Source: a virus. Taken from it: DNA of 64,000 nucleotides. Of this stretch, positions 32,301-42,400 are shown piece after piece. The number at the start of each line of letters is the position of its first letter. Position 1 is the first letter of the stretch. Below the pieces are notes generated by a model that was not told the DNA's origin, ran no database searches, and worked only from the letters and a program-made list of their open reading frames with translations. The position numbers and the translations under genes were made by a program. The DNA lies in IMG/VR virus record IMGVR_UViG_3300042924_003416, positions 21,774 to 85,773 of that record; one strand, written 5' to 3'.

Positions 32301-35300
32301 GTAGATTATGTTTTATTTGAGTCAGGATCAAAAGTAAGTCATATTGGAAATGGAGATAACATGCTTAATGAAGACGGTAGTCTAAACAAAAAGGCAGAAT
32401 TTACTAAGAATATTGTCTATGCTGAATTCTTAAAAAACCAAACAGAAATTAACTCTACCTATAAACAAAAATCAATCTTCTCAACTCAGTTAAGAAAATT
32501 AATTTTAGAGGGTCTTTATGCTCAAGGTTCAATTAAGTCTACAAAATATAAAGACATAACAAATACTAGAGTTAAAAAATATATAGACCACGTAGAAGAG
32601 TATACTGAGCTATTAAAGTTGGAACTTCTAGAAGAAATGGGATATGAAGAAACATCCCCTGGAGAATATAAAGCAAAAGATAAATCAAGTACAGCTAAAC
32701 TAATAAACATTATCAGAACTAATCTTGAAAGAGAAGATCTTTTAAGTGATAATCTTATTGAGTTTATTGATGTGTATGATAATAGTGGAGACTTAGTTCA
32801 TGACTTATCATTTCATCCAGAGGCTGCTAAAATAGAGAAGTTATTATTATCTATGATTAATAAGAGAATTATTAAACAGAAAGTTGCCGGAGAACCACTT
32901 GTACAAGTATCTGTTGGACTAACTGCTAATCAATTTTCTAAACCTGACTTAAAAAAAGCAACTAAAGATGAGATTAAAAAATGGGCTTCTACAACATATA
33001 CACTTCCAACTTATCATAGAAAGTCAAATGGTTATACTGCAGCTGCAAAAGTTATGATTGCAATGCAAGGGACTTATTATAATCTTTTTAATCTAGAATA
33101 TGATAATGATGAAACTGTTGGTGTTTATGATGAGAGTGGTGTTTTAAATATGGATGAATCTTTAGCTAGATTAAATGAGAAGATTAAAGATGACAAATGG
33201 TTAGATGCTAATAATGAAGCTAACAGAAAAGCAATAACATTAGTTGGTGTTAGGATTCCTGTTCAGGGTCTAAACTCTATGGAATTTGCTGAGGTATTTG
33301 AATTCTTACCACCACAAGCCGGTAATATTATTGTTCCTCCTGCTGAGATAGTTGCTAAGTCTGGTGGTGACTTTGACATTGATAAACTTACAATCTTCAT
33401 GAATACACTTGATGAAGATGGGAAAGTTATTGAAAGACAGTACAAAGACAACAATGACATTAAAAAACTTAGAGGTACTGATGAATTTGAAAATGCTGTT
33501 AAAGCTCAGAAAGCAGGATTAGAAAATGAACTAATTCAAGATATTAAAAATATTCTTGAACTTCCTGAGAACTATGCTTCTTTGATCATGCCAAATGGTA
33601 CTTTCATTCTTAAAGAAATTGCAGAAAAATTATCTGCAGACGTAATGGAATATAATCCAAAAGAAAATAGAATGACAGATGATACTGGGGAGATCAGTCC
33701 TACAAGAGTATTAGAATCATTGTATAACGTATACAAACATGAATCTAATATTGTAGGTAAGAAAACTCTAGGTCTTGGTGCAATTGAAAATACATTTAAT
33801 GTTATCATGAATACCATTGGTGCTTATATGCCAGATACTTATGTAATAAAAGAAGTAACAAGAAAAAGTAACATGAGGCTGAGACATAATAAGATGGAAA
33901 GAAGAGGTAAAGAGGTCATCTCTATGTCAGACCTTTACGATGTTGATGGAACAAATAAAATATCAGATGTTATTTCTCAGATGATCAATGGATGGGTGGA
34001 CGTTGAAAAAGATGCATGGATCTTCTTTATCCAGGGTAACTATGAGGTTGCTCCAACATTATTATATCTTATTAAAGCTGGTGTACCTGTAAAAGAAGCA
34101 ATTTACTTTGTATCTAATCCATTGGTTAGAGAGTATGTAGATGAGCAACGTCTTGCAAAATCTACATTTGCCGATGTACTTAACAAAAAACCTGACGGTC
34201 CAGGACTTGCAAAATATAAAGCAGCATCTGAAGTAATTAAAAAATACTTTACTAAAGATGAACTTGCAGGTAATTCAAAAAATGATGATAGATATTTAAA
34301 AGGACAAGAACTTTTAGAAGATTATTTTAAAGATAAAAAACAAAAGCATTTTACTGAAGAAAACATGTTGAATCTTATTCAAACGGATGATAGAAAAAGT
34401 AATATGGCAAAAGCTATGTTCTTACATTATCTAGAACTAGAACAACAGATTGCTGGTTATACTGCACTTAAAATGGCATCTAATCCAGATACTGCTACTA
34501 AGTCTACTCTTTCTGATGTAGAACAGACAGAGGCTAATATTGAGAATTTATTCTTTGACCCAAGAGTTCCATTAGAGATTGTTGAAGCTATGATGGAGGA
34601 TTCTATTTTAAAGTCATTCTTTAATGGTCCCCTTGCACTAGCTGTAAGTAGACCTTTATTTAAATTAAGATATCACAAGGAAATTAGTGAATATTTAATT
34701 GCTAGAAAAGGTCAAATAAATAATGATCTTCAAACTACATTCCCTGGACAGAATATTGAGATGTTTAGTAATATCTTTAGAAATGACCTTGTAAGTTTTA
34801 TTCTGCAAAATGCTATTAGAAAATATAAAAAACAGGATGGATTTATGTCTTTAGATATGGAAACAACTATTCCTGTATCAATGGCTAAAGAATTAAAAAG
34901 AGGAGCCTTTGTAAAGAACGGTACTTTGTACATGGATATGAAGCAGATTAAAAAAGAATTTAAAGATAGTGCTTGGGTTAGAAACTCTGAAGTAGAGAAC
35001 AGTTATAAAGACAGAGAACTTTATGAATTAGATCCTTCTACTTTCATGAATCATTACGGTGCAAACTTTGATGAATATTTAAAATTTGTTGCTGAGAGAG
35101 AATATATTAGATATATAAAACCATTGAATACTGAGTTTACAAATTCATTTGAATTTCAAGAAGAACTTGATAGCACTAAAGAATTATTTCCAGATTTAAC
35201 TAATGAAAAAGCTGTAAGGTATACATATGAAAAACTGATTGCTATAAAAGCATTAGATAATTCATATAATTTCTTCCATCTTTTTAGAGATGATGATAAT

Positions 35301-36494
35301 TCATTTTCTGTAAGATTGTCTAAGTTGATACAAAACTATCCTGAACTAGCTAAAAATTATCCTATTATAGGTAAATTAAAACTTGATTCAACTAAAGAGA
35401 ATGATGCATTTAATATATTACTTGCTGATAAAGACTTTGATAATGATAAATCAAATCTTTATACACAAGATTTAAAAAAACTTTCTGATAGAACAGTTGT
35501 AAAATTAACTGACCCAGAAGAAAATGCTAGACTAAGTGACATGTTTAAATACTTAAACACTTTTGCTTTTTTACAAACCGGATTAAACAAGACTAAGTTA
35601 AGCTTTACTAATGTAGTGGACTATACAGACTTTTTATCTATTGTAGAAGGTGAGTCTAGTAAGTTTATTGAAGCTTTAAATAAAAAAGGATTTACACTTT
35701 TAGATAATTTCTATGATCAATTCATAAGAGAGAATAATAAAAAAATTAGTCCAAATAGAGATCGATTTAAAGATTATTTATCTACTATTGATTATGAAAA
35801 TGTAGAAAGAATACTTCCTGTAGAAAATCCTACTATAAAGAAAGATAGAAATGCTGAATCAGATGTAGAAGAAGTTATTTTAGATTCTACTAATCAAGAT
35901 ACAATAGCTGAAGTAAAAAGATTTAATCTTAAGAATACAGATGATCCTAATGTTTATACTTACAATGATAAGAATGCTACAAATGCAACTTACTATTTAA
36001 ATCTTGGTAAAAATAATCCTGATGTTGTCTTTGTACATAACATAAGTATTTATGAAATTAAACCGGAACAAATTGCTGCAGGTAGAAATCTTGGAGGTTC
36101 TGCTTACTTTATGACAGAAGTAGGAGATATGTCAGTTAATTTCCCAACTGATTTATTTGCAAGTGTTGTTAATGGTAGAAAGATAGACATTGCATCAGAT
36201 CAATATCAAACACTTAAAAATATTTGGGAGAAAAGAATTAATATACTTAAACAAATTCAAGAAAAAGGTGGTAAACTTGCATTTCCTGAGTATGGTTTTG
36301 GTGATCCTAACACCATGCCTCAAGAATTATTCGTATATTTAAGTAAGAGATTGTTTGAAGAGTTTGGATATATCAATCCTGGTTCTACAAAATATAACCA
36401 GGTAAGAGAAATGATAATAAAAACTCAAGGAATCTCTGATGAAGAAATAGAAATGCAATTAGAATTAGAAGAAGACCCTTTTAAATGTTCATAA
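26340..36494 (+). CDS. Virion-packaged DNA-dependent RNA polymerase polyprotein (phi14:2 gp66/crAss-like), with zincin domain
   Basis: Catalytic GGDFDIDKL (D codon at 33369), upstream RIPVQG (33252) and ADGQG (about 32004); zincin HEAWH (28848) followed by EEDLAEEF; 3384 aa. Confidence 0.9.
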   Translation: MACKLDKDQVLDLYEALYGEVADRLKDSSLPPVDLNQLVQSAYAVVKLNSEDQVKAMLYAQAVPDVFHLVTQDTEVNDYLVDNNFDFTGLAKMRKQFADLAEVGKTVATKKKSKDEIDSEIKDTNKTKKDFVPKIDIDNETLWSYNEYNGAKVTSAWTTSIQIAYSENPEEVSEEDRNKIDPEKILFSDVIKAISQISKDRVGTEDIQYQGKTIALTAQLTRSVPKELLVQNDRDHLEKYPNTNGVIAILTDEKGNNLYFKPDGSLTDNPSEGRIVYQYLRRVNLVDGKLLLSNRSNRLYNLVDPVKIAERQRDQIVEAKGEVTETQFKQLVKDIAARQEKELNDLYQLRTLLESSEQNLQLTLPITGGTFGIPTTSVKTVTLEEAGVTETDLKSYTPITTGEKKGLQYIIVNKQKAGGLTVSQQLFLQRSDIDPELADKIATILTTTVELKGRQLSPDERKSYFEIFINNARAKKSNTNRDRIQAKVLTINNQKTLVVEINGKKIDDAILYTEEGKQMILNHLLAARPKKVSKGKEEGSNGYWPANVQYNNKYRNTTFTDYTIEDGKIISTSRKYFDVIKPYVKITYTDEVLAQEKGINAYLNYVIPEGTIEYEGYIPVGRPKPKAEPEKKTKKDKEETKKAPKKQARTKPVTTGASKEVSAYEISMKKQIKDAGGKVEGYKTRMKVADLAEAVGLTEKQITEFRSIALEATADTKTTVKPEPLTAPEVKEVNIQSNPSTRITLVDDIINGSSNSAFYKRDKLNRDKLRNKFLDKVFTSKSDRAAAEKWWNNSPLSKFISLERITEVVNSDAFATWSGYGITLYEADGGTSVDLYHEAWHGFSQLLLTKDEKVKLYEEIQSLPKYKGKSFFDIEEDLAEEFRGYAKSKGKKATRGFLGKIFDKIYQFIQKLFGKTTKKEVATKLQDIESVKELFDKLYRASENPEILSNLKPSMDNVMFGKLNRSKVINDNFTLEESKEIADAIDSMMAVIFQNYNRDFNTTSAALKLLKDPENKKDLYKDIYDRFERLRIKYAEEAEKNIDLIIDPQFSKEFELLIKITDNFGNLTDSLSGKEKNNVIAYHLEKSRYKVLADEYDEIEDPSNIEKSYLFRLNEGGNTVSSKELASQETMMLLASIFDVTRENGEIIYNRDGLFGLPKLQDITITWNRLAKILEGSFDEIDMYVRIFENSENYPELQQLQTLLPNPFFTIESAMGMYNPLEFEAETNFWQDFKKPRVPFIQLNLNKEEIKSKDVLVRAFEARVAKANFDVYQVIQDWKNNFTTADSTVNPYVSKHSKLGYNILNTGKIVKDFGVNGVFNYKKADEFLRAIGIVLDPSSAAIRSIINSTSEPFGTTFGVDRMYEVIKKVNKSTSPDAFQFKRDPLTYFINGLPTSLRDNEEESEEVRGRIRALAEIQNAFSDSYSNFSVQTPEGNRVWEHMVDNTITRIVTAINHAESWEELTTDEGDPARRFQHMRWLNEKNNTFSPFSKLLNSIFDLDPMSDTYGQKITDTKILLQHVAGTQMVSKRNEGGTSTAAMDATSKFLQEFHTMLLSGVEEFMRHASKNTSMGMTLDGEVKTYNGKKASKLYIDVESFLEYADGEIKGYDIVEGYIAAEANRIVRFQQGIDKFKNYAGYNRKVKRKDNKKTPVMAGQAFTAFDDILSQDLQADLYSILDAASENPLTDFDLMKELDNNPEIRNRIRKDVAQYFNLETNKNLARLQKAKYVDNGLMERIRVTNEDLTDKDIERALMKAYTYNSFIHKMETVILAYGDLAQYNHAKEEFHKRNAGLGSGGRGFRADKRAQIYLSSLKNYYADRQGYETRNYDGTLVTAIMKEMTFNSVMYNEYRDAIEEATYERTKDRKKAKQIADTAASEYFGSNKPQMKIADGQGFITMEYYRILKKAEGNWSDQQELLYRKISMGENITAENVVEFFPPYKLQYFGNIQSEGLPVNSFHKFSLAPLIPGVWKSGTPIYDLHEKMMKDQVDYVLFESGSKVSHIGNGDNMLNEDGSLNKKAEFTKNIVYAEFLKNQTEINSTYKQKSIFSTQLRKLILEGLYAQGSIKSTKYKDITNTRVKKYIDHVEEYTELLKLELLEEMGYEETSPGEYKAKDKSSTAKLINIIRTNLEREDLLSDNLIEFIDVYDNSGDLVHDLSFHPEAAKIEKLLLSMINKRIIKQKVAGEPLVQVSVGLTANQFSKPDLKKATKDEIKKWASTTYTLPTYHRKSNGYTAAAKVMIAMQGTYYNLFNLEYDNDETVGVYDESGVLNMDESLARLNEKIKDDKWLDANNEANRKAITLVGVRIPVQGLNSMEFAEVFEFLPPQAGNIIVPPAEIVAKSGGDFDIDKLTIFMNTLDEDGKVIERQYKDNNDIKKLRGTDEFENAVKAQKAGLENELIQDIKNILELPENYASLIMPNGTFILKEIAEKLSADVMEYNPKENRMTDDTGEISPTRVLESLYNVYKHESNIVGKKTLGLGAIENTFNVIMNTIGAYMPDTYVIKEVTRKSNMRLRHNKMERRGKEVISMSDLYDVDGTNKISDVISQMINGWVDVEKDAWIFFIQGNYEVAPTLLYLIKAGVPVKEAIYFVSNPLVREYVDEQRLAKSTFADVLNKKPDGPGLAKYKAASEVIKKYFTKDELAGNSKNDDRYLKGQELLEDYFKDKKQKHFTEENMLNLIQTDDRKSNMAKAMFLHYLELEQQIAGYTALKMASNPDTATKSTLSDVEQTEANIENLFFDPRVPLEIVEAMMEDSILKSFFNGPLALAVSRPLFKLRYHKEISEYLIARKGQINNDLQTTFPGQNIEMFSNIFRNDLVSFILQNAIRKYKKQDGFMSLDMETTIPVSMAKELKRGAFVKNGTLYMDMKQIKKEFKDSAWVRNSEVENSYKDRELYELDPSTFMNHYGANFDEYLKFVAEREYIRYIKPLNTEFTNSFEFQEELDSTKELFPDLTNEKAVRYTYEKLIAIKALDNSYNFFHLFRDDDNSFSVRLSKLIQNYPELAKNYPIIGKLKLDSTKENDAFNILLADKDFDNDKSNLYTQDLKKLSDRTVVKLTDPEENARLSDMFKYLNTFAFLQTGLNKTKLSFTNVVDYTDFLSIVEGESSKFIEALNKKGFTLLDNFYDQFIRENNKKISPNRDRFKDYLSTIDYENVERILPVENPTIKKDRNAESDVEEVILDSTNQDTIAEVKRFNLKNTDDPNVYTYNDKNATNATYYLNLGKNNPDVVFVHNISIYEIKPEQIAAGRNLGGSAYFMTEVGDMSVNFPTDLFASVVNGRKIDIASDQYQTLKNIWEKRINILKQIQEKGGKLAFPEYGFGDPNTMPQELFVYLSKRLFEEFGYINPGSTKYNQVREMIIKTQGISDEEIEMQLELEEDPFKCS

Positions 36495-36495
36495 T

Positions 36496-39400
36496 ATGGT
36501 TTGCCAAGTACAATTAAATTCAATAAAGTTTTTAGAAAAAAATGGAGCTACAGATGATATAAGAAGAATTATCAATGAAGATCTGTTTAATAAATTAAAT
36601 GATAGCCTTACTGATAAGGCAGAAAGAATATATGGTCTTGAAACTAATGGTAGTAAACTTTTTAGTGTAAATACTTCTGAACATATTGATCCATATAGAT
36701 CAACCTACTGGAGAGATGCTAAGGTTAGAGTACTAAGAGCTGAACCTAATGTAAAACTTTTTGAAAGACTTCAGGAACTTTTTAATGCACGTAATGACAA
36801 ACCGATGTTTATGAAAGCTCCAGAAGTGGATTATTCATTAAAGATTGTTAATGCTTTAAATAAAATTAATAGAAATAAATTTGAATCTTCAAAATTACAA
36901 GGTTGGTTAAATGATCTTCAGAAACAAGGAGTATCTGCTCAACAATTAGAACTTTTTAAAGAAGTAGCTAAACCAGGTATGACTAAAGATGAAATAGCTG
37001 CTGCTATTGCTGCTACTTATAGTTATACTATTGAGATTAATACTGCTAAAACACCAAAAGTAGGTGAAAAATTTTTAGATAGAGAATATGGTTATGAATT
37101 AGAAGTGACAGAAGAAACTTTACAAAATCAAATTAATGATGGTTTTGTAGATAATAATTTAAATACTCAATATTATTCTAATCTAACAGTTCCCGGAGGT
37201 ACTAACTATACAGAACAAGAAATAGCTACACCAGCAATTACACCAAGTATTAAAGGACATGCTCAGTTTGCTACAGATAAAGGTATAGGTTGGTTTAGAA
37301 GTGATGAGCAATCTATTAAAGAAACTGGTCCTATTAAATATTTTGTAGAAAATGCATTTGAAGATATACAATCTGAGTTATTTACTAATATAGAAGAAGC
37401 TAAAAAATTACAAAAAAAATGGTCACAAGATTATCCTGAATTAAAATTTGAAATAGTAAAATCTTCAACATATATTTCTATATTATCAAAAACCCGTAGA
37501 GTACTAGAAGTACAATCTGATTTGTTTCAGAAAGGTAGAGATAGAGAAAATTTAATAGAAGATAAAAACATGTCTTCTAACATAACAGATTCTAATAAAG
37601 AAGAATTTGAAGTTGCAAAAAGATTAGGAATTGAAGAAGAAGATGAAGAAGGAAATTTATCATATACTTATAAAGGTGTAAATTATTTTCAAGACATCTT
37701 TACAGATAACTATTTAAAATATGGATTACCTAGTTCTAATACAAAAGGAAACCAATTCCTACAACTACTAAACAAAGACAATAACTGGATTAATTTCTTT
37801 ACTAAGTCTATTATACAAGATAGTGCTAAGAAAGGATATGAAAAAGTATTGTTTCCTTCTGGTAATACAGCTAGTAAAGTAGAAGGACACACTACTTTAG
37901 AAGAGTTTAAAAAACAAAAAGAGGATAGAATTAGATTTTTAGATGGTGAAATTAATGACCCTGAAAATATAGAAAGAAGAATTGAAGAAGCTAAAAAAGA
38001 AAAAGAACAGGTTAAACAAGAACTTGAAAGAGTAGAGAGAGAAGGTTTTGGTGCTTTAAAACCTATCTATAACTTCTATGAAAATACTGTAACTAATATT
38101 CTTAAAAAACAAGGCTATAGTCCTAAAAAAATTACAGATGAGTATGGTAATACTTGGAATGAAATTACTATAGATCAAACAAGAGATACATCTCCTATAG
38201 CTTTTATGAGAGAAAATGTAAACCCTGCTCTTCAAGAGATCAACGGAGTTCTTTTTATGGATGTAAATCTAGATCAATTACAAGATCAAAGATCAAAAGA
38301 AATTGCTGAAGTACTTGCTCAAAGATTATCACTTAGTACTAATACACAGTTTAGAAATGTATCAGCTGAAGAGGCTGCAAATATTTTAAAGAACCGACCT
38401 GTTAAGTATAACGGAGAACCAGCATTTTACTATGCAGGAACAGTTTATGTAGTAGGAGAAAATATTAATGTGAGGACTGTACTACATGAATTCTCACATC
38501 CGGTCTTGAATGCATTAAGACAGACCAACAACATCCTATTTCAGAATCTCTATAATCAAGCACTTGCTACTGAAGAAGGTCAGGGTATCTATTACTATGT
38601 AGTAAACAACTATCCAGAACTAGAAGAAAACTCAGATCTATTCAAAGAGGAAGTACTTGCTTATGCAATGCAGTTAAAAGCACTCAACAGAATCAACAAT
38701 GACATTGAGACAGAAGGGTATCAAAACTTCATGAATAAACTTCTTGCTGCTATCAAACAACTACTTAGAAAACTATTTGGTAGTAAAATAGATGTAGCTA
38801 AGTTAGATGTAGATACTTCATTAGAGGAGATGGCAGATATGCTCTTGGATAAAGACTTTGAATTCAAGACAGATAGAATAAATGAAGAAGACCTTGCAAT
38901 GTTTTCCAGGGAAGTTGTTGAAAGGGCTCGTGAACTAAACAAGTTTTCTAATAAGGAGTCTATGCAGAAAGTTGTTAAAAGTACTTTTGAAACAACTAGA
39001 AGAGTACTCTCTGAAGCTGAAGGATTTAAAGGAGATAAAGCATCTAGAAAATTATTAAGAGAATCTTTATTTGAAAAAGGTACTAATAGATACATCCGTG
39101 AAGTCTTAAGAACATTAAGAGACAACTTAGATAGTAATATTGAAGACCAAGCTCAAAATCAACTCATACAAAATGCATTAGATACTGCTAGAGAAGAAAT
39201 GGATGTGGATTTAGAAAGAGCAACGGCACTGGTAAATTCATTGGATACAATCAATAGCATGACTAAGAACATGTTATTAGATATATCTAAACTTAGTGGA
39301 ACTAATATCAATAACAGAAGTACTATTGCACTATTGATGCTTTACAAATCTAATTCAAAAGCCTGGTTAAAAATGGTTCAAGAAATAGATGAGGCATTGA

Positions 39401-42400
39401 CATCTGAAGGTGGTTTTGTGGATACTAATAATCCTTTCTATAAAACTTTAAATGAAATAGTATTAAACATCACAAGAGTCAATACTAACATTGCAAATAT
39501 TCTTAAGAATAACAATGTTCAGTTTTATGTAGAGATTACGGGATACATGTCCAAGTATGTTCAAGATAGACTTAAGGGTAACTTAGGTATAGCACTGAAA
39601 CAAACTTTTCCAACAGAACAATTAGAACGTGAGGTAAATGACCTATATGACAAAGTAGTTCAACAAAAACTTACTGAAGATGATATAGATGCATTGGTAA
39701 AGAAAGGTGTTCCTGAAAATGTTCTAACAGGCTTTTTAAAAGAATATAAAGAACTTGTTGTTGATGAAGATAAAATCAAAGCTGCTCTTACTGGAGGAGC
39801 TCATGATGTTACTTGGTTTAATAGATGGTTGGAAAGTTATAGCTCTAGTAATGATGTTATAGTGGGACCATTAGCAATGTTTATTCAAAATGAAAAGACC
39901 CAGGTACAGAATCTTGTTTGGGAACAGTCTATGAAGTTTAGAAATAAACTTGAGAAACTTTTACCTAAAGTAGGATTTAGTAAACTTAATTCCGTTGCAA
40001 TGAGAGAGAGAATGGGATTTAAGGATAAAATATTCTACATGGATAAGAAGACAGGAAAACCTGTTGAAAAAGAAATTTGGAGTTATTTAGGTGCATTTAA
40101 AGATTATAGATATCACTATGATTTATTAGACTATAACTTAGAAGAAGCAAAGAAAACTGAAGATGTCAATAAAATTGCTCAAGCTCAGATGGAGTTTGAT
40201 GAATTCAAAAGAGACTACATGTGGCAGGAGTTTGTTCCTGAGTTCTATGAGAAAGATGATATCTTTAAACAGTCTGAGGTAGGTCAATTAGCATACTATG
40301 TAAGGAAACAAAAACTGCAGGCTTTTAATAACTTGGTTAACTCCATGGAAAATGAGCTTGAAAGATTTGAGAAGTACTCAACTATACAAGCTGCATTTAG
40401 AGAGTTCCAACAGTTATATTCTCTTACCTATGAAGATGGTACTCCTAAAATTGATGATCCGGCCAGAGGTGTTTATGATTTAAGTATTGCAAAAGTATTG
40501 CAAGAACATAGAGCAGCTACAAAAGGGTTCTACGAATGGAGACCAATTGAGGGTATGTTACAAAGTGCTTACAATGAATTTATAGATTTACTTGCAACAA
40601 AACAAATTTTTCCTGGATCCGGAGAATTTAAAAGAGAACTTGAAAAATGGAGAAGACAAAACCTTAGAATGGAGTATAACCAAGAATATTGGGACTCTAG
40701 AGTTGCTTTAACAACTGAACTAAGGGAACTTCAAGCAAAAATGAATGAAGTTGCAAATTCTAGATTTGATGTTGCTGCAGCATTTCAAACCATAAATGAC
40801 TTAATATATAGCTATCGGGATGAACAAGGTGAACCTGATAGTAATGCAATGGGTAAAACAAGACTTGAAAGAATTAAAGATGCAGAACAAGCTATTGCAG
40901 ACTTTAAGTTTCAGTATGATATATCCACAGGTCTTTCTAAAGAAGATTCTGAGGAGTTAAAAAATCTACAGTATAAAGCAAGAAAAGGTTTACTACAAGC
41001 TGGTTCTCCAGAATCTAAAAGATATTTCTATCTATTAGAACTGCAAGAAAAAGAAGGTATTAATCCTGCAGATGCAGCAAGAATTCAAGAGATATTTACT
41101 GAGTTATCACAATTAACTGAAAATCTTCCTACTGTATATTACATAGAGACATTAAACTATAATCTCTCTAAACAAAATATAAAAGAAGTTGATGAAGATG
41201 ACGTTGATAATTTTATAAATTCAGATGAGTTCCAAGACATGCTGGATGCTGATGAAGGATTTAAAGAATGGTTTAATCTTAATCATTATACAATAAATGT
41301 ATATGATGAAAAATCAAGAAGTTACATACCTAGATATAAAAGAACAAAAGCAAATACTGTTGCTATACCAAAAGATTCTTCTCAAATAAAATATACTAGA
41401 ATATTAAATAGAGAAGGTAATGAGGTTTTACTTATGGGTGCTCCTAATGCTAGACACTCTAGATATGAAGTAAAAGATCAGTATAGAACTATTCCTTTTG
41501 GAGCTGCTAAAGAAGATTATGTAGGTAAGTTTATTGATAATAAAAATCAATGGCTACCAAGGATGTATCAACCTGGACAAAAATATAGTGCTAAGGATAA
41601 CAGGTTCATGAATGAAAGATACTTTCAGATGCAAGCTAGTAATTCTGCAGAGTTTCAACTATTAGAAGCCATTAAAGAATATCATCTACAGAATCAGAAA
41701 GGTATGAGTAACTATAGTAAACTCTATCTTGATATGCCTAGATATGCTCTTAGAAAAGGGGACATTTATCAGTCATTACAAAAAGCAAATTATGGTTCTA
41801 GGTTTTCTGAAATAGGAAGTAATATTCAAGAGTGGACTAAGCAGTTAATTGGTAGATCAGTTACTGATTCTGAAAGAACTTCAGATAAGTATTCTATTTC
41901 TAATGAAAATAATTATGATCCAAATAATAACTTAGTTAATACAGATCTTGACGGTAATCAAATTACTTATGTTCCTGTATCAGGTATTTATAATCTTGAT
42001 ATAGAAAATCAAGATGCTGATATCTTCCAGGGATTATTTAAATATGCATTAAGTATTCAGACACAAGGAAAACTTTTAGAGAGTTTACCTCTTGTTAACT
42101 CTATACTAGATACATTAGAAGATCCTGACAATGCTCCAAAAGATTTAGAAAAATTTGATAAGAATATTTATAGTCTAAAAGGGGCCCTAACTTTTGCAAA
42201 GAAAAAATTCTCAACTAATAACCGTCTTGGTCAGGTTAAATCTCTTATTGAAAGAGAGTACTATGGTAAGATGGTTGAAGGTATAGAGGAAACTCATCCA
42301 CAATTTGGTAAATGGATAAATGGATTACAAGGTTTATCTGCTAGAGGTTCATTAGCTATCAATCTACCTTCTGACTTAAAAAACAAGTATGGTGCATATG

